A program made the translations under genes and the position numbers. This document shows positions 1-9,194 of a stretch of DNA of 64,000 bases, piece after piece. This DNA comes from a virus: the UHGV virus genome UHGV-0211740; one strand, given 5' to 3'. The notes below the pieces were generated by a model. It did not search any database and was not told the DNA's origin. It saw only the letters and a program-made list of their open reading frames with translations. How positions within the stretch are numbered: the stretch's first letter is position 1; each line of letters begins with the position of its first letter.

Positions 1-86
1 CAACCTGGTCGAAGTCATAATAGACTATAGCGTCAGGTTCGAGAAGATCAGCAAGACAATCTACAGATTCAATAAGTGGATATTCT

Positions 87-395
87 CTACTCAAAGCCCC
101 TCCTGTTAGTTATTCTGCAAGATGGTTGGATGCTATAATGAAATGCATCATCACTCTCTGCGATAAGTGACTCAACATCCCAATACTTTTCAAAAAGGAA
201 CGGATTAGAACCCCAGTGGTGTGTTATTTTCATCAGAGAGTCTGGTATAAGGTAGCCACAGATCTTAACTACATCACCAGGTTGAATTGTGTTTTCATGA
301 AGGTTGTTTGCCTTCTTCAGAATCATACCTTTGTGATTCTCATTTGCATACAACTGGACAATATCTTTATCTTCAACAATAAAAATTTTAAGCAT
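87..395 (-). CDS. hypothetical protein
   Basis: 102-aa ORF at the start of a dense leftward gene block; no assignable motif. Confidence 0.4.
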   Translation of the reverse strand: MLKIFIVEDKDIVQLYANENHKGMILKKANNLHENTIQPGDVVKICGYLIPDSLMKITHHWGSNPFLFEKYWDVESLIAESDDAFHYSIQPSCRITNRRGFE

Positions 396-454
396 ACCTG
401 GTTCTCCTAGTTAATAAATAGTTAATTGATAATATCAGATTAGAGGCTCATTTG

Positions 455-748
455 TCAAGACTTTTTGGTCTTTCTTGGAGAGCTTTTTGTTGATCTTTTC
501 CTCTTGTGGTAAATTCCAAGTGCAGCATTTTCTTGGGCACACGTTTTAACAGTTTTTAGATCAGAGCTTTCAGCTCTGGACAGATTAAGCTCCCACCAAC
601 CCAGCCAGTAAAGTTCTGATTCCGACAACTGCTCAGATTCAGCCTTCCGGTACAAGGCTTGCATCCCTCTGATGATATCGTCAAGAGGTGTATCGAATAC
701 AAAAGCTGTCTTATCAAATTTCTCTTTTACAGGTTTCTTAGCCATCAA
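455..748 (-). CDS. hypothetical protein
   Basis: 97-aa ORF, basic C-terminus; co-oriented with neighbours. Confidence 0.4.
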   Translation of the reverse strand: MMAKKPVKEKFDKTAFVFDTPLDDIIRGMQALYRKAESEQLSESELYWLGWWELNLSRAESSDLKTVKTCAQENAALGIYHKRKRSTKSSPRKTKKS

Positions 749-1202
749 GGTAACCCTCTATCCACGAAAAGTCAGTCTTCCATTCTGGAACTTTACTAAG
801 CTCGCGCCACTCTGCAAAGCAGTCTCGGTAATAAGCTTCTGCCATACCCTTAGTGATTTTATTCACCTTAGCCAACTGATTAACTGCCTGAGCATACTTT
901 CCACGAATATTTGCTAACCCTGGATGCACCGATGTGTGACAATCTGGGCACAACGCTATCAGCCCGACAAGCCGGATCACTCCATCTTCGAAAGTGTAAA
1001 GTTCATGACACTCAACTGGGTGTTTGCTGCCTTTACCGCCGCACACCTCACAAGTATAGTTGGCTTCTCTGTAGCACTTCTTACGGATCTTATCCCACTC
1101 ACTCTTCTTCACAGCGTTTCTGAGGTTATTATACCAAGCTGTTTCCGGGATCAGTTGCACAATAAGCCTGCGTTCAGACTTCATTAAACGTCCGTCTTCC
1201 AT
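738..1202 (-). CDS. putative HNH-type zinc-finger nuclease-like protein
   Basis: Cys/His cluster CEVCGG..HPVECHELY..LCPDCH resembles a beta-beta-alpha-metal HNH finger; start moved to ATG at 1200-1202, which forms a TGATG overlap with the upstream stop. Confidence 0.35.
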   Translation of the reverse strand: MEDGRLMKSERRLIVQLIPETAWYNNLRNAVKKSEWDKIRKKCYREANYTCEVCGGKGSKHPVECHELYTFEDGVIRLVGLIALCPDCHTSVHPGLANIRGKYAQAVNQLAKVNKITKGMAEAYYRDCFAEWRELSKVPEWKTDFSWIEGYLDG

Positions 1203-1420
1203 CAGCCCTCCAATTTGACCATACAATGACCATCTTTCCACTTAGAAATCGATCTTTCGCCATTAGAGTAATAAACTTCAAGCTTAGCACGGTCATTCTT
1301 GATCTGTATGACCTTCGCTGTTTCTAGGGAACCATAACCGTAGTATACTGCAACAGTATCTCCCACATACACTGCACTCCCACGATAATCGTGAATATAA
1401 TCAGTGCCTTCTAAAGCCAT
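1202..1420 (-). CDS. hypothetical protein
   Basis: 72-aa ORF between the small secreted protein and the HNH-like gene. Confidence 0.4.
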   Translation of the reverse strand: MALEGTDYIHDYRGSAVYVGDTVAVYYGYGSLETAKVIQIKNDRAKLEVYYSNGERSISKWKDGHCMVKLEG

Positions 1421-1430
1421 ATTACCACCC

Positions 1431-1637
1431 TTATTCGAAGAAGTGAGTCCGAGGACAAGATCCAGCCTCGCCTTGTTTCACAAGCTCGTAGAGCTCACCT
1501 TGGCTTGTTTCATAAAGGCAAATACGTTTACCATTGTCCCGATATACATCTACAAGATACGCTGTTTCACCTGCAAACACGACACCACAGGCAAAGCATG
1601 CTGCCATGAATAAAATTGCCAACAGAAAATCTTTCAT
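1431..1637 (-). CDS. small secreted protein (possible lysis accessory)
   Basis: 68 aa with N-terminal signal-like hydrophobic segment LLAILFMAACFACGVVFA and four Cys; directly downstream of the endolysin on the same strand; AAGGAG-like RBS upstream. Confidence 0.4.
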   Translation of the reverse strand: MKDFLLAILFMAACFACGVVFAGETAYLVDVYRDNGKRICLYETSQGELYELVKQGEAGSCPRTHFFE

Positions 1638-1700
1638 GGTTAAACTCTCCTTAACATTTTACTGGGTAACAATACCACATCCGTGTGGTCATGTCAATGA

Positions 1701-2171
1701 TTAATCCAGGACAACACCGCCTGACTTTTTAAACACCTCGATCAACTTTTCGATCTTCTGTTCGTGCTGACCATACCCTGCACCAGGAAGGCTTGCCCAT
1801 CGGGATCTGCAAAGATGGATGGCCTGATGAATACGACCTTCATCGATATCATCGAGCGCCTTGCACTCACGGATCAATTGTAGTGCGATCTTATCCTGAC
1901 TGGCAGGGCCAAAATCTGGTAATCCTAACTGTTTCATATAGTGTTTAGCAAACTTCTCCAAAACTTGGTAGCGCCCCGCAGCAGAGGAGGTAAGTTTAGC
2001 ATTTAGCTTAACGTACACACCTGGATGCTTACTGTAATCGCTAAACAGCTTGCCACCGACTATGACATCATAGCCCCGATCCTTGGTAGGTTGTCTACCA
2101 TTATCTGTACCTTCTGAATATGCGATCATATCTAAGAAAGCTTTTCGTTGAACATTTTTATCAAGTTTCAT
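1701..2171 (-). CDS. endolysin, lambda R-like lytic transglycosylase
   Basis: 156 aa; near-collinear similarity to phage lambda R from memory (QRKAFLDM.A.SEGTDNGRQ, GYDVIVGG.LF.DYS.HP, GAGRYQ, WASLPGAGYGQ). Confidence 0.85.
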   Translation of the reverse strand: MKLDKNVQRKAFLDMIAYSEGTDNGRQPTKDRGYDVIVGGKLFSDYSKHPGVYVKLNAKLTSSAAGRYQVLEKFAKHYMKQLGLPDFGPASQDKIALQLIRECKALDDIDEGRIHQAIHLCRSRWASLPGAGYGQHEQKIEKLIEVFKKSGGVVLD

Positions 2172-2295
2172 TTTTCATACTCTCCAATTTACTCATAACT
2201 AACCCGATCAACAACACTGCATAATGTGGTTATGTAGGTGCCAATTGAAAAACCATCATTCAATTGGCTACCGTTACCTACTAAACCTTCCTACA

Positions 2296-3579
2296 TCATT
2301 CCAGAACCTCCCAAGTGTCAGGGTTAACATTTCGGACGCAGATGCCGACAGGGAATTGGTAGTTGTTGTCTTCTGTCCTTGCTTGATATTTGAAGGTGAC
2401 AAACTTGCCGATCATTTCCTGCATCCTGTCATAGCTACGCTCCTCGTGCGTGCCTTTCATCTTCATTTTAACAACGATACCTTCCTTGTCAACGCAGATA
2501 AGAACACCTTCATCATTCTTATCTTTCTCAACGTCAATAACTTTCACCTCAGCATCGTTGAACTTTTTCCATTTCAATGCTTCAGATGTTCGCTGACCAT
2601 ATTCATATTTACCGCAGAAGTTACGCATGATAGTACCTTCATATCCTTCTGACATGAATACACCAACAGATTCTTCGCAATGATCAACTGTGTACGCAAG
2701 CTCTGCGTCAACAACCTTGATATGGTCAAGCATCAGAGTGGTAATGGTATCTTCTGCATCCATAAGGTCCTTGCATCTTCCAGATTCTGTTTCCGGATCC
2801 CACCATACCTTGTCACTAGGGATGTCGAAAATATGATACTCTAAGTCATAGCTACAGTACCCTCCGTAACGCAAATCATCACGAACAGGCTCAACATCAA
2901 CAGGAATATCTACCTTATTGAAGTTTTTGTATGTTGATAAGCCTGCCTTAATTGCGGCATGACGGCGTTTTTTATCTGCCTCGTAGTCTTTATCTATCTC
3001 GGCCTGAATCTCTTCCTGTGTGCGCCACCGTTTAGCAAGAGACACTATTTTCTGCAGAGGCAGACCATGAATATAGATCTCTCCGTCGAGCTGTTTAATC
3101 CCGGTGGTGAAGTGGAAAGAACGAAGTTGCTCCAGAAGCTTTCCTTGAATAGGGTAGGACTTATTACCACGGGAAATAAATTTAGGCTCACCGTTTTGGA
3201 AAACAACCAGTAGACGAAGGCCATCTAACTTACGCAAGATCCAGCAAGGTAATTTAAGTGCCTTTCCACGCTTCAGGTAGTCATGCATCAGCATGGGTAA
3301 AAGGTCAACCCCCTGCTCGCAATCTTCCATATTTTCAACATACCCCAGACGGACTTGTTTTTCCCACTTACTGATCGCTTCCAGCTCAGCCTGTTGCTCA
3401 GCTGTAGTTTCATTGGCACGGCCCACGTTCTTAGGTGTGCAGATCGTCTCTTTGTATTGCAGTTTACCATCAAGCTTGCCAAACTCTACGATAACCTTAT
3501 CACCATCCGTGAATACTTTCCACTGTTGGTAGCTGCCATCTTTGTTCAGTGCGTACAGTGTTGTTTTGATCTGATGCAT
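2296..3579 (-). CDS. ATP-dependent DNA ligase
   Basis: 427 aa; nucleotidyltransferase motifs in order: I LRKLDGLR, III LDGEIYIHG, IV EGTIMRN, V LKWKKF. Confidence 0.65.
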   Translation of the reverse strand: MHQIKTTLYALNKDGSYQQWKVFTDGDKVIVEFGKLDGKLQYKETICTPKNVGRANETTAEQQAELEAISKWEKQVRLGYVENMEDCEQGVDLLPMLMHDYLKRGKALKLPCWILRKLDGLRLLVVFQNGEPKFISRGNKSYPIQGKLLEQLRSFHFTTGIKQLDGEIYIHGLPLQKIVSLAKRWRTQEEIQAEIDKDYEADKKRRHAAIKAGLSTYKNFNKVDIPVDVEPVRDDLRYGGYCSYDLEYHIFDIPSDKVWWDPETESGRCKDLMDAEDTITTLMLDHIKVVDAELAYTVDHCEESVGVFMSEGYEGTIMRNFCGKYEYGQRTSEALKWKKFNDAEVKVIDVEKDKNDEGVLICVDKEGIVVKMKMKGTHEERSYDRMQEMIGKFVTFKYQARTEDNNYQFPVGICVRNVNPDTWEVLE

Positions 3580-3848
3580 TACTCAGCCTCTTCCTTAAAA
3601 ATTTTAAACATCTCTTCTTTGCTCATTACCAACCAGTCTCCCATAAAGTCAACTAACCAATCCCCTTGGTACAAGACCAGGTTACCAAACGGCTCGACAA
3701 GCTCACACATGCGAAGAATATCTCTGGTCCGAACAGGTGACGGTGTAAACACACCTGTATCAATCCACCGTTGCAGATCAGATACTGATGAAGAGCTTCC
3801 GTCAAACTGGTGTGCTTCTACAGGTTTAGCAAGATTAAATAACGGCAT
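3579..3848 (-). CDS. hypothetical protein
   Basis: 89-aa ORF, start overlaps stop of ligase gene. Confidence 0.4.
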   Translation of the reverse strand: MPLFNLAKPVEAHQFDGSSSSVSDLQRWIDTGVFTPSPVRTRDILRMCELVEPFGNLVLYQGDWLVDFMGDWLVMSKEEMFKIFKEEAE

Positions 3849-4143
3849 TGCAGTCCTCCTTCTCTAATAGGTCTTTTATCGGGTAAACAAGTAGGTGTGG
3901 ATCGTAATAATTTATAGTTTTATTCTGCCACACTATGAACTTAATTACAACTAAATTTACCACATCTTTATCTCCATGTAGTCCAACACACAGATTTGTC
4001 CATATTTTGTGGTTGAAGACCTTACTGTCGATGTAGATCTTAGTGTCAAACTTATCCTCTATCCTGCCTATAAGTTTAACCAATTCTTTCATCTGATCCC
4101 CAAACACAGCATCGTTTTCAAGATACCTAGAGTGCTTGTACAT
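3835..4143 (-). CDS. hypothetical protein
   Basis: 102-aa ORF. Confidence 0.4.
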   Translation of the reverse strand: MYKHSRYLENDAVFGDQMKELVKLIGRIEDKFDTKIYIDSKVFNHKIWTNLCVGLHGDKDVVNLVVIKFIVWQNKTINYYDPHLLVYPIKDLLEKEDCNAVI

Positions 4144-4175
4144 AACTAACTACCTCACTTTCCTACTTTCCACAA

Positions 4176-4199
4176 CAGATAAAGCCGGGTGACCCCGGC
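4176..4199 (-). terminator. rho-independent terminator (leftward)
   Basis: Perfect hairpin GCCGGGTGACCCCGGC at 4184-4199 followed on the minus strand by a T-rich run; lies just after the stop of the 4207-4920 gene. Confidence 0.45.
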
Positions 4200-4206
4200 T
4201 ATGTTG

Positions 4207-4920
4207 TTAAATATACTCTGTTACATCCTTGAAGCTTGAAGGCTTCATAATCTTACCTTTGCTGTCAAGGAAGATGATAACCTTATTACCGTTGTAGAAT
4301 TCTTCTTTAGCAACAAAACCTTCATATCTACCATCGAAGCGTCGCTCAAGATCTTTAATCTCTAACTCTACAAGTTGTTCAACAGGCATATCTGCACTGG
4401 CACCGTGTGAATACCGTAGATGGTTGACCCGTGCAAACTTGCTGTCATTAGATTTGAGAACCTTCCGCATCATCCCGCACACATCACCGCGAAGCTGGAA
4501 TAGCAAAGCTGTTGACAACTCCGCCAGGCGGTAAGCAGAAGCTTTTTGCTTGGAGGTGTTTTTTGCAGCGATCAGTGTGTCATAGAACTCACCGATCTTA
4601 AACTTAAGACCTCGCGGATTATCAAACAGGTTTGACCACTTTTCATGATTATCATTAACAAGATAAGCGGCATAGCTTGTAACAACATGAAGATCGCAGG
4701 CCTCTTTTAGCAGATGATCTCCACCATCACCTTTCTCCAGCTCTTCCAAAACCTCATTAAACTCTTCCTCAATGAAGCTAAGTTGTAATTCGAATGGTGT
4801 GTATGATTTTTTCACTTTAGCTGCCACACGGTTCCAGTTTTCCACCCAGTTGGCAGACCAAAGGTAGTTTTCAGGTTGGGACAGTTTTTCCAGATTGTCA
4901 ATTAACTTAGTATTCAGCAT
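4207..4920 (-). CDS. putative MazG-like nucleotide pyrophosphohydrolase domain protein
   Basis: 237 aa; N-terminal acidic helices IEEEFNEVLEELEKGDGGDHLLKEACDLHVV resemble the paired E-x-x-E / D-L-L motifs of MazG-type NTP pyrophosphatases; tentative. Confidence 0.3.
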   Translation of the reverse strand: MLNTKLIDNLEKLSQPENYLWSANWVENWNRVAAKVKKSYTPFELQLSFIEEEFNEVLEELEKGDGGDHLLKEACDLHVVTSYAAYLVNDNHEKWSNLFDNPRGLKFKIGEFYDTLIAAKNTSKQKASAYRLAELSTALLFQLRGDVCGMMRKVLKSNDSKFARVNHLRYSHGASADMPVEQLVELEIKDLERRFDGRYEGFVAKEEFYNGNKVIIFLDSKGKIMKPSSFKDVTEYI

Positions 4921-4933
4921 TAAAGGTCTCCTT

Positions 4934-5695
4934 TTAAAGTTCCATGAAGTTTTCTACAGTTTCAATCAATGTTTTATCAGAGAAAGCGTCAACCGCACCG
5001 TTAAACCAAACAGGAATGCCGCGATCCTCATACTGGTAAATGTCACTACGTGAAATGCCATTCTCCTCCAAATGCTGTGAGTCATATTTGTTAACAATCA
5101 ACAGCTTAGTTCCCTTGTTACAGGCAGGGAACAGCTCCCAGTTAAAATTGATAACTGTGTTTGAGCACCCTACAAGGATAACCATATCATTGCTTGTCAG
5201 AGAAGTCAACAGATCATACATGTCTGTATACTTTGGAGCAACTTCTCCGAAGAACACCACATTAGGCTTAACCCAAATATACTCGCCTGCATCTACCTCC
5301 GAATACCCAATGTCTTTAATGACATTGCTTCCTTCATCGTCCTCATAGACTATTTCTGGCAAATACCCGTGGACATGTAAAATATCTTCATGTTTTACAC
5401 CAGCACGCTCTAGCAAATCATCTACATTGGTGGTCAGGTTGATCACACGACCAGACCAACGAGAATACCACTCTGCGATCCGGAGATGTGCAAGATTAGG
5501 CTCAACACTGCCCAAAGCTATACGCCGTGCATTGTAAAAGTCATGCACCTTATAATAGTTCTTGGCAAAGGTGTGGATGTTACACACCTCATCGATGCTG
5601 AAATTCTCCCACATTGCAGTGCTACCAGATCGAAAGGTGGGGATACCGGATTCAGCACTCAAGCCAGCACCAGAGATAACAATCAGTCGTCGCAT
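4934..5695 (-). CDS. Sir2-family (sirtuin-like) NAD-dependent protein
   Basis: 253 aa; Sir2 motifs in order: GAGLSAESGIPTFR, TTNVDDLLERAG, HVHG, VVFFGE, ILVGCS; no CxxC...CxxC zinc ribbon visible. Confidence 0.8.
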   Translation of the reverse strand: MRRLIVISGAGLSAESGIPTFRSGSTAMWENFSIDEVCNIHTFAKNYYKVHDFYNARRIALGSVEPNLAHLRIAEWYSRWSGRVINLTTNVDDLLERAGVKHEDILHVHGYLPEIVYEDDEGSNVIKDIGYSEVDAGEYIWVKPNVVFFGEVAPKYTDMYDLLTSLTSNDMVILVGCSNTVINFNWELFPACNKGTKLLIVNKYDSQHLEENGISRSDIYQYEDRGIPVWFNGAVDAFSDKTLIETVENFMEL

Positions 5696-5703
5696 AGGTG
5701 TCC

Positions 5704-6051
5704 TCAGTAAATGTTCTGTTTAATCTCTATTCCAAACTTTTTGAACGAATCTGCAGCAAGCATAAATTTACGAGCTGCCGATGGGTTAGAAGTATGCACG
5801 AAAATCTTCACGTTGTCAACCACAGGTGGCTTGCCAAATACAAATAGCTCTTCCAGTCTCAATAAAACAGCATATCCGTCTTGATCAGAGTCTTCACCCA
5901 AATCGTGGTCAAAGAACCACTCTGTCACTCTTCGATACATTTTAGCAGAATTATTAAGAAACTCCATAGCCTCTTGTGAGGTTTTAAACCAAATTGCATC
6001 TGCCTGTCCGTAGTCAGCTGGGTTACGCAAATCATCTATCCAAACTTTCAT
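5704..6051 (-). CDS. hypothetical protein, receiver-like fold suspected
   Basis: 115 aa; pattern KVWIDD...FFDHDLGED...DGYAVLLRL...KIFVHTSN loosely resembles a CheY-like alternating beta/alpha layout; no confident family. Confidence 0.4.
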   Translation of the reverse strand: MKVWIDDLRNPADYGQADAIWFKTSQEAMEFLNNSAKMYRRVTEWFFDHDLGEDSDQDGYAVLLRLEELFVFGKPPVVDNVKIFVHTSNPSAARKFMLAADSFKKFGIEIKQNIY

Positions 6052-6059
6052 ACATACCT

Positions 6060-6668
6060 CTAAAAATTTTCTATCGGTGTTTTTGAAGATAAAGCTAAAA
6101 CTATCTTATTCTCAATTCTTCGTAATCCTAATAGCAACCTACTATCATCTACAGTTTTAATCAAGTCTCTAAGAAGTTGCAGTTTACATTCTAAGTATCT
6201 CATGTGTGCCTCAATCTGCGTGGGGAAGGTTCCAAGATAAACCTGCGTGTCCTTAACCCCATCTTTGCAATAGGCAGCAAAAGATGGGCCTTTTCTTCTT
6301 ACTCCCATCAAACACTCCCCTCTTTGCGGCATCCTTGCTACAAAGAAGTTGTTTATTTCCCGGGGAACAAAAATACACGCTTCTGGGCAGTATATAAGAT
6401 TATTCTCGAAGAGAATATCTTTATCTAAAAATTTATCCCGCCAATCTTGTTTTTCCATCCAACGCTTGAAGTTGCTGAAGATTTTCCATTCTTCACAAAC
6501 TTCTACCATAGCATAAGCTTCAAATTTCTTGTTTTTAAGGTAGCACCTCCCTAGCATATTTGACCACGTCATATAAAAAGGACACATTATTCTCTTTCCA
6601 GTATCCTTGTCCAAAACCCTGACAGGATAGTCTGCATCATTAACACCAACACCATGTACAAGTTTCAT
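6060..6668 (-). CDS. putative homing endonuclease-like protein with AP2-type DNA-binding region
   Basis: 202 aa; segment KDGVKDTQVYLGTFPTQIEAHMRY fits the AP2 pattern (LGTF.T.EEA..AY) common in phage HNH/AP2 endonucleases; N-terminal GVGVNDADYPV motif. Confidence 0.4.
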   Translation of the reverse strand: MKLVHGVGVNDADYPVRVLDKDTGKRIMCPFYMTWSNMLGRCYLKNKKFEAYAMVEVCEEWKIFSNFKRWMEKQDWRDKFLDKDILFENNLIYCPEACIFVPREINNFFVARMPQRGECLMGVRRKGPSFAAYCKDGVKDTQVYLGTFPTQIEAHMRYLECKLQLLRDLIKTVDDSRLLLGLRRIENKIVLALSSKTPIENF

Positions 6669-6712
6669 ACAGACCTCTTAAGCTGAAATGATTAAAAAGA
6701 ACTTCCCCTTCT

Positions 6713-7669
6713 TCATTGCATATAGTCCTCGTTGTGGAAATAGTAGTCAAGTATCTCACGACGTTCCTGCTCAAGGAGGCAGTTCCACACATCCTCTGTG
6801 TAGTTGTTACGAATGAAGTTTACCATGCCATAAAACTCTTCGTCAATACGTTTAAAGATATCCTCATCCCAAATCTTCCAAGCTCTCCCTCTCATTACGG
6901 CCTTCCGTGCCAGGTAGTATGGAGATTTGATCTTCAACTGCAGGTCATAAGGGTAGTAAGGATTACGGATCATGTACCCTTCGCCCCTTGTTTCTGCAGC
7001 TAATTCTTTTGCATAGCTGAACGGAATTTCACGCACAGTGTGAGGACGTTTTGCACCAAGATACTTGGCAATACCGTCTAAAGCCGCTTCTGGTAGCATT
7101 ATTCCAGAATCATTGTATCTACAACCTATCAAATACGCACCATGATCCTCATGAACAATATGCGGGTCTGAAGGGTGACAAATTTCAAACATAAATGTCA
7201 TGTTTTCATGGCCCATAACCTTCTTGATAAGATCTAAATTGCCACATTGCTCCTGAATGGTTTCCTTTGCAAGGTTACAATATGGAGAATCAAGAGACCC
7301 AGTCGTTGAGAATAATAGTTCACCTTTATGAGAGGATACCACGCCAAGGAACCCGTTCTTTTTCTCTACAGCCGTCACAAGCTTATTGTCAGGTAGGTTG
7401 GTTGAGTTTTCTCCCAAGTTAAACACTTTTGTGAAGGGCCATGCCACAACATTCCCCTCGTTACCGACAACAATGCCTCGGCACTCCAGTAGACGCGGAG
7501 AAAAATGCCATAAATTGTTGTAGAATACTTTTCTGGCATATTTGTAGATCTTTAATCCGAGATCTGGATAATACCGACTGGTTACAAGACCTTTATCCAC
7601 TAAATCATCTGCATTAAAATACTTCATCATGCGTTCCTCATTTGTCATTTTGTTCCACAATCTTCCCAC
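6713..7669 (-). CDS. putative RNA ligase (nucleotidyltransferase superfamily)
   Basis: 318 aa; motif I VEKKNGFLG (K-x-N-G), motif IV EGYMIRN, motif V LQLKIKSP; divergently adjacent to a kinase/phosphatase pair. Confidence 0.5.
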   Translation of the reverse strand: MGRLWNKMTNEERMMKYFNADDLVDKGLVTSRYYPDLGLKIYKYARKVFYNNLWHFSPRLLECRGIVVGNEGNVVAWPFTKVFNLGENSTNLPDNKLVTAVEKKNGFLGVVSSHKGELLFSTTGSLDSPYCNLAKETIQEQCGNLDLIKKVMGHENMTFMFEICHPSDPHIVHEDHGAYLIGCRYNDSGIMLPEAALDGIAKYLGAKRPHTVREIPFSYAKELAAETRGEGYMIRNPYYPYDLQLKIKSPYYLARKAVMRGRAWKIWDEDIFKRIDEEFYGMVNFIRNNYTEDVWNCLLEQERREILDYYFHNEDYMQ

Positions 7670-7691
7670 ACAAACAGTATCATGTCAACAC

Positions 7692-7720
7692 TTGAAATGC
7701 TCAAAAGAACACGGTATACT
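7692..7720 (+). promoter_or_regulatory. sigma70-like promoter
   Basis: TTGAAA (7692-7697), 17-nt spacer, TATACT (7715-7720); about 30 nt upstream of the kinase gene, in the divergent intergenic region. Confidence 0.45.
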
Positions 7721-7748
7721 GTCGTTAAAATTAAAACGGAGGGTCGCT

Positions 7749-8159
7749 ATGTCTAAAATGCTATATATCGTGCGTGGTCTACCAGGGTCTGGCAAATCAA
7801 CACTGGCAAATGCGTTATCTTTAGAAGGTCTGTATCCACATTTTGAGAACGACATGTTCTGGTACGACGATGATGGAAATTACAACTGGGATGCAAGTAA
7901 AGTGACACTTGCTGCAAAATGGTGCAAAGATAATATAGAAGATATGATGCGTATGGGGTACGACCGTGTCGTGGTAAGCAACACATTCACAAAAGAAAAG
8001 CATGTGCAAGAGTATATTGACATGGCGATCCGTAATGGGTATAATTACACAGTAATCGTGGTGGAGAATCGCCACGGTAACAAAAGTATCCACAATGTTC
8101 CAGAAAAGGTTGTGGATCGTATGGAACGTGAACTGAAAAACTGTATTAAACTTAAATGA
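7749..8159 (+). CDS. P-loop kinase, polynucleotide kinase-like
   Basis: Walker A GLPGSGKST near N-terminus as in T4 Pnk kinase domain; start set at ATG 7749 with GGAGG RBS (ORF track start 7629 is upstream in-frame). Confidence 0.55.
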   Translation: MSKMLYIVRGLPGSGKSTLANALSLEGLYPHFENDMFWYDDDGNYNWDASKVTLAAKWCKDNIEDMMRMGYDRVVVSNTFTKEKHVQEYIDMAIRNGYNYTVIVVENRHGNKSIHNVPEKVVDRMERELKNCIKLK

Positions 8160-8166
8160 GGATAGT

Positions 8167-8721
8167 ATGAAATATTTTATAACAAGTGACACACACTTTC
8201 TCCACCAGCGTGTTATGGAGTTCGATTCTTGTCAAAAGCACAGATCGCAGTATAACCACGATCTTGATAGCATGAATGCAGGGATCATAGACAAGTGGAA
8301 CTCAATTGTGTCACCATGGGACACTGTGTTCCACTTGGGAGACATTGCATGCACTAAGGATAAGAATATCAACAACTTACTGCCTGAAATTCTAAATATG
8401 CTGAACGGACATATTATTCTTGTTCGTGGTAACCATGACACAAGGACGACTGTCAGAATTATGAAAGAGTTCTGTCATGAGGTTGTAGATTATTACGAGC
8501 TTCGCCACAACAAGAATCTGATCTGTATGAGCCATTACCAGTTTGCAACGTGGAACAGAAAGCCCCACGGATCAGTTCAACTGTTTGGTCATGCTCACGG
8601 AACCACACAACAGTTATTTGGCAGGCAGTTGGATGTTGGTTGGGATGTATGGGGTAGACTGTTACCACTAGAAGAGGCATACAGCCTTGCAATGAGTTTT
8701 GATATTGACAGCAGGGAGTAA
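8167..8721 (+). CDS. calcineurin-like metallophosphoesterase
   Basis: 184 aa; metallophosphatase motifs SDTHF, HLGDI, GNHD in order. Confidence 0.75.
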   Translation: MKYFITSDTHFLHQRVMEFDSCQKHRSQYNHDLDSMNAGIIDKWNSIVSPWDTVFHLGDIACTKDKNINNLLPEILNMLNGHIILVRGNHDTRTTVRIMKEFCHEVVDYYELRHNKNLICMSHYQFATWNRKPHGSVQLFGHAHGTTQQLFGRQLDVGWDVWGRLLPLEEAYSLAMSFDIDSRE

Positions 8722-8768
8722 TCCCTGCTATATTAAAGAAAATAGCCACACAAGGAGAATCAGGAGAT

Positions 8769-9119
8769 ATGAAAGATGAGGATAAGCTGCCCTATCTTAA
8801 AGTCCCACTTGGGATACTTTCTCTGTCGAAAGTTTTGAATACTACAACTGGAGAGGTGGTTATTCTTGATCTGTATGACAAGGTAGTATACTGCTACCTG
8901 CACAACTGGTATAAGCTTGGAGGAAATTCACGATTCACACCGAGCACAAGGAAAATTGCAGCTGATACAGGGATTAAGAAAACAAAAGCAGCAGAATGCG
9001 TTAGAACTTTAGAGTGTGCGGGGATAGTTGAAACTTCCACACAAGGGAGAGGGAAAAGATGCACATTTTCTAAAGTTTTACCACCAGAAGAAGTGATTCG
9101 CATGTCAACAACTGGTTAG
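8769..9119 (+). CDS. putative winged-helix DNA-binding protein
   Basis: 116 aa; segment STRKIAADTGIKKTKAAECVRTLECAGIVE looks like a helix-turn-helix with wing; immediately upstream of the iteron-like array. Confidence 0.35.
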   Translation: MKDEDKLPYLKVPLGILSLSKVLNTTTGEVVILDLYDKVVYCYLHNWYKLGGNSRFTPSTRKIAADTGIKKTKAAECVRTLECAGIVETSTQGRGKRCTFSKVLPPEEVIRMSTTG

Positions 9120-9194
9120 ACCAGTAAAAACTTAAATATTTGTATTATAAAGGTATGTATGTTTTATGTCCACACCAGCACAAAGATTACAAAC

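Noticed and set aside
2224-2652. 142-aa plus-strand ORF
   Set aside because: Antisense to the 3' end of the DNA ligase gene and spans the ligase-endolysin intergenic palindrome.
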